Assembly: GCF_001194135.2 (NCBI RefSeq)
Contig: NC_068982.1
Span: 6,076,070-6,111,223, forward strand
Direction: 5' to 3'
DNA length: 35,154 nucleotides
Origin: Octopus bimaculoides
Taxonomy: Eukaryota
Shown: positions 30,190-35,154 of the stretch, in pieces
How positions within the stretch are numbered: the first letter of the stretch is position 1
Layout: every line of letters starts with the position of its first letter
Notes under the pieces: generated by a model
What the model was told of the DNA's origin: nothing
What the model saw: the letters and a program-made list of their open reading frames with translations, nothing else
Database searches by the model: none
Program-made: the position numbers and the translations under genes

Positions 30190-31937
30190 TTAGCGTACAG
30201 TATAAGCAGCGTGAATGTACGTGGCTTGGGGTCGCCTTGGAAGCGTGGTCGCCTTGGAAGCCGGGTCGCCTGCACAACGACCTCAGGGAACTAAATGACG
30301 ACGTGGTGGCCATTAGTGGAACCAGAATTTCCGACTCACGGGATTTCCGACCTATTTTCGGTGGCTGTGAAGTGTATGCATTTCCAAGTCATCCGGGAGC
30401 AGGAAGCGGAGTCGCCGTGAAGGTTCGGAAAAATCTGGGTCTTACAATGTGGACGATCGCCCTGGATCAGGAAGGTAAGTCGGTGGCCATGGACATGACG
30501 GACAGCAAGGGACCTACTTTCAGGCTAGTTGCCGTCTACGCCCCGACAGGGGCAGGACGACCAGATTTCTTCAGACGTCTGGAAAATTTCCGCTCTATAA
30601 TGTTAGTGAGGTATTGGAACGGAGTTTTAGATATAAGGTGGGACTGTGTAGATTTAGCAGATAGGAGAGACGAGTGCAAAAGCTTCGCAAACCTGCTCAA
30701 CTGTCTGATAAGTATTGACTGGATTTCCCGAATGTGCAAATGTGGACCTGCTCAAACCGCATCGGGTCATCCAGATCGTATCTAGATAGGGTATTCTGAA
30801 GAGTCGCAGATAAGGATAGCAAAGGTTGTCCACAATTTAAAGAAGTCGACTACACAGACTAGAGGTTTGTGATCTGTACAGTCGACTTAGATAGGCTTCA
30901 TAGACAGGGACCCGGTTACTGGAAGCTGAACACGTCGTTGCCAGCGCGTAAAGATTTCAGAGACCGGATTAGTGAACTAGTTAAGAGGGCATTGACGAGG
31001 AAAATAATCAACAATAAATGACGGTTCACCCAATAAGGTTTAGCAAAGGACTAGCAGGAGAAAGAAACAGAGTAGAGACAGAGCTCGTCAAGAAGTTAGA
31101 CAAGGCCTTTAGAAAAGGTATCGCGACCGACATGCTTGCAGCGAAATTGGCACTCGACCAATTCTTCAACGCAAAACACGAAGTTTGCGTTGTCAGAACT
31201 AAGGCACGAGCACTTAGACATGAAAAGATGAAAGCAGTTCAGTGGGCCACGGTGTGGCAATAAATCCACGATCCGATCCCTTCTGAATCACGAAGGGCAA
31301 ATGATAACTGATCCGAGACAGAAGAGTACGGCCTTTCAGCGGCGCTTTGCTCAACTGTTCAGGAGCAAGGGTGAGCAGGGCCGCCGGATGGATTTCACAT
31401 CCTACCCCACGGGCTGCCGCGGCTCTCGGCGACGGAGCGCTGCGAAAGGCCGATAACAGCCTATGAAATAGGGGAAGCAATGGCTAGCTGAACGAGGGGT
31501 AAATCGCCTAGTTTGGATGGCCTGCCATTCGAGCTTTACGCTTGCATGCCAGACTTGTTCGGTGACCTCTTAACAAACGTTTACTGCAACTAGCCATAGA
31601 ATGAGAGAATTCCCAGTTTTGTGAGACGAAGAATGGTGGTGTTGCTAAGAAAAGACCCGAATAAGGGGGATTGTATTGACAACTTTAGGCCCATAACTCT
31701 GCTGAATGCAGAGTTCAAAATTTTGGCCAAGATGTTAACTACGAGGTTGGTGCTGGACGTCGGGAATCTGATAGGCGAAGTACAGACATGTGCCATCAGG
31801 AAAAGATCCATCTCCGACAACCTCCACTTCATACGATACAACATTGAGAAAGTGGCTAAGGAACCTGGTACGGGTGGGACCATGATCAATTTAGATCAGT
31901 CTCAAGCTTTTGATAGGGTCGACCATCTATACCTCTG
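30190..31937 (+). pseudogene. LINE ORF2 (APE endonuclease plus N-terminal RT), disrupted
   Basis: EN and RT motifs as listed above. A 15-bp internal duplication GGTCGCCTTGGAAGC near 30229-30262 shifts the frame. Confidence 0.9.
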
Positions 31938-32353
31938 GTATATCTACAGGCATTTCAGAATATTTATAGATTTATATACCTACGAGTTATCTCTTCCATG
32001 AATATATTTATCTTCTTTGACTCTGAGAAATATTTTGTTACTTTAGCAAACTGTAATGCCTCTGCATTTTAAATTACACAGGAATATCCCTAGAGTGTTT
32101 TTCTTAATGAACCTCCCAAGACACAGCAATTTTTTTTCTTATAATTATATGAAAATAGTTTTTGCGTAATGAAGAATAGATTAAGGTCACGTGTATGAGG
32201 GTTTATATTTTTATAGCTTCTATGAGTTATGTGCGTGTATGTGTGTATGTGTGTATATATATATATATACATACGTATGTATATATGTTTTTAAACTTGC
32301 CTGTACGGTTTATGCTTTGGATTGCCACTGATAATATTATTTATTATTAATAG

Positions 32354-32395
<42 letters not shown>

Positions 32396-33559
32396 NNNNN
32401 NNNNNNNNNNNNNNNNNNNNNNNNNNNNNNNNNNNNNNNNNNNNNNNNNNNNNNNNNNNNNNNNNNNNNNNNNNNNNNNNNNNNNNNNNNNNNNNNNNNN
32501 NNNNNNNNNNNNNNNNNNNNNNNNNNNNNNNNNNNNNNNNNNNNNNNNNNNNNNNNNNNNNNNNNNNNNNNNNNNNNNNNNNNNNNNNNNNNNNNNNNNN
32601 NNNNNNNNNNNNNNNNNNNNNNNNNNNNNNNNNNNNNNNNNNNNNNNNNNNNNNNNNNNNNNNNNNNNNNNNNNNNNNNNNNNNNNNNNNNNNNNNNNNN
32701 NNNNNNNNNNNNNNNNNNNNNNNNNNNNNNNNNTTTGTTGTCTACACTACCTGTCTTCATCTTTTTTTTTTTGTGTGAATTCTCCCTATACATATATCGA
32801 AAATAAAGATATTTTATTCCACACGGGTAGAAATATAAGAAAAATAGAAGTTGAAAATTCACTGAGAATAGTTAAAATATTTTTTATTAAAATATTTGAA
32901 GCTTTAACCGGTTTTGCAGTTTACACTGATTTTCAAAAAGTTCAAATAGAAAGACCTGGCTTATGTCGCGACTGTCATGCTTCTGATTCGTGGTTGAAGC
33001 TTGCCTTATTTTTATAGGGAGTTCATGGCTCAAATCAGTATCTGTTTTGAATAGGATTTGATTGGTAGAGGATAGTCACATGACTGGTCTTAGAAATGTT
33101 TGTAGTTTCCTCCGCTACGTCTGTGTGTTAGTATCGAGTGACAATGTTTGGCGTCGTAAGTTAAAGATGACACGGTTGACTGAACAAACAAGTCCAAACA
33201 CTCAATGCTCTGAATGTTTTCTGTTAAGTGTTTGTAGAGAATGAACACATGATTAAGTTTCTAACCTTTTGTACCTTTGACTATTATTCCGTGCACTAGT
33301 GTCACATGACAATATGTTTTGCGCCTAAAAGGAGGTCCGACACGGTTGAGTGAACATGTCACGCAGTTACTAACTCTGGGATTACACTGCGAAAATTCGT
33401 AAAACAGCAATAATTTCATATAGTAGCAATGTTATAAATCGTAATATGTTCCTAGAAAAATATATTTATAAAATTTATAACGCTCTGTACTTCAGCTGTA
33501 GTTTGTGGGCTGATAGCGGAGTACTTGAAATTTTGCGCCATACAAGTGCATATATATCT

Positions 33560-33682
33560 ACGAAGGGCTTCTTTCAGTTTCCGTCAACCAGATCCACTCA
33601 CAAGGCTTTGGTCGGCCCGAGACTATAGTAGAAGACACTTGCCCAAGGTGCCACGTAGTGGAACTGAACCCAGGACCATGTG
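33560..33682 (-). mobile_element. SINE A 5'-half fragment
   Basis: GGGCTTCTTTCAGTTTCC..GCCCAAGGTGCCACG..GAACTGAACCC. Confidence 0.82.
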
Positions 33683-33712
33683 TGTATACATGTGCATATA
33701 AATAATTGTGTG

Positions 33713-33715
<3 letters not shown>

Positions 33716-33792
<77 letters not shown>
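33716..33792. repeat. (TA)n microsatellite
   Basis: Direct reading. Confidence 0.95.
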
Positions 33793-33793
<1 letters not shown>

Positions 33794-33795
<2 letters not shown>

Positions 33796-33955
33796 GACAG
33801 ATTCTTTCAGTTTCTGTCTACCAAATCCACTCACAAGGATTTGGTCGGCCCGTGGCTATTGTACTTAGACACTTTCCTAAAGTGCCATGCAGTGGTACTG
33901 AACCCGGAACCATGTGGTTGGGAAGCTTCTTGCAAAACAGCCACGACTGCGCCTA
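33794..33955 (-). mobile_element. SINE A 5' half
   Basis: Body through head ending GCGCC at 33949-33953. Confidence 0.82.
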
Positions 33956-34829
33956 CACGTTTTCTTTTAATTTCAATATCACTTGATGTCGTTTTAAGGA
34001 TTGTCAAAAGACTGATTCAGAAAACAGACAATCTCTGTACACGCTGATGTGAGGATTATTGTGATCAAACACGAGTCCTCCTAAAACTACAACAAAACAA
34101 ATACGATACTGCCCAGTCCTCACGCGGGCACACACACACATACACATACACGCACACACAGACACATAAACATACAAACTCTCACACGCACATCTCTTTA
34201 CTGAAAAGTTAAATTAAATTAAAAGTAGAACAGGAAGTCCTTGGGTCACACACGAAATGCTAGCAATAACAGCGAAATATCCTCTGCATCACAACCTACC
34301 ATCTTAAAAATGCGAACGACATCCGTTTTCGCTTTTATTATCTTACTCATTCTGTAACCATTTCTATAGCCTGATTTCTCTATATTTATCAAAGCTGTTG
34401 CTTTCTCAAGCTTGTTTCACGCATCGTTTCTTTCTCTCATTAAAATTTTCGAGGGAACAGTTTTCTCTATCCTCACCCCAATCCCATCTCTCTCTTTCTC
34501 TCTTTCTCTCTTTCTCTCTCACACACACAAAAGTGTACGGTAAATACGAATCCCCATTAATAAAGTTCTTCAAACCGAGTGTGTGTGTGTTTAAACTTGC
34601 TCTCATGGAGTAAACATTTTAATACACAAGTGTGTAGTCTTCGTTACTATATATCCGCTTATATATGTGTGCGCATGTGCTTACACACGTACCACACACA
34701 CGCAAGAGTAACAAAATGGAGTATGGAAAATTCGGTCTACATATGTTTCATAGCGAGTGGAATTTCAGAAGCGGCAAAATCCAAGTGATTTTTTTAAAAA
34801 GGTTTAATAAAAATTAAAAAAATAACTGA

Positions 34830-35154
34830 TTAATCAATAATGTATTCACCCTTGTTGTTTACAACTTCTTCCCAGCATTCAACAAGATTTTCAATACCTC
34901 GTTGGTGAAATCACCCTATTTCGACTCGAAAAATTGATCCAACCAAGCTCTCAATTCTGCATCAGTATTGAACGAAACTCTGCACATAGCATTTGAAAGA
35001 GATCGAAAGAGGTGGAAATTCATTGGTGCAAAATCAGAGAGTATGGCGAGTGTGGCAGCACTTCCCTGCCATGCGTTTGAATGGCTTCCTTGGTCATATT
35101 GGCGATATGAGGGTGGGCGTTGTCGTGCAGCAGAAGAACTCCATGCTGCCAATT
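34830..35154 (-). mobile_element. Decayed mariner transposase C-terminal part (DD34D type), continuing beyond the window
   Basis: LLHDNAHPH..PHSPYS, 1-nt deletion, DFAPMNFHLFRSL, frameshift, RGIENLVECWEEVVNNKGEYIID-stop. The third catalytic position, 34 residues after D2, reads N. Confidence 0.92.

Larger units (their letters stand above)
27752..31937 (+). mobile_element. Decayed L1/Tx1-like LINE, 3'-truncated in RT, with nested insertions
   Basis: ORF1 with RRM-like VDVRFHTEEEA and CCHC knuckle CHICFSTNHLRAFC. ORF2 with APE motifs SVNVRGL and LVAVYAP, then GPGYWKLNTSL, KSPSLDGLPFELY, FRPITLLNAEFKILAK and LDQSQAFDRVDH. Many stops and frameshifts. Confidence 0.92.

Overview
Repeat-saturated, AT-rich eukaryotic genomic DNA with nine N-gaps, nearly all bordered by microsatellites, so probably a short-read assembly. 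The SINE families and microsatellite density point to an octopus/coleoid cephalopod; this is inferred from repeat resemblance, not a database hit. No intact protein-coding gene is visible, and long ORF-track entries are gap or microsatellite artefacts or TE remnants. Recognisable content: three decayed mariner transposase fragments plus a mariner-derived MITE; a 3'-truncated L1/Tx1-like LINE (zinc-knuckle ORF1, APE-RT ORF2, 27.8-31.9 kb); a 5'-truncated R4/Dong-like RLE retrotransposon inside (TAA)n; RT and RTE fragments; a piggyBac-like MITE; and about 25 copies or fragments of tRNA-derived SINEs. Main unexpected observations: (1) a collinear, heavily diverged and internally shrunken rDNA relic (18S-like 8407-9582, possible 5.8S-like near 10.96-11.02 kb, 28S-like 12.14-12.63 kb) interrupted by younger SINEs and a MITE; (2) a roughly 290-nt tRNA-headed element carrying a type I hammerhead ribozyme, with fold-back 5' junctions; (3) a possible 52-nt GT-AG mini-intron that would delete the LINE ORF1 stop and fuse ORF1 in frame to ORF2. 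All alignments were done by eye against remembered canonical sequences and need computational confirmation.
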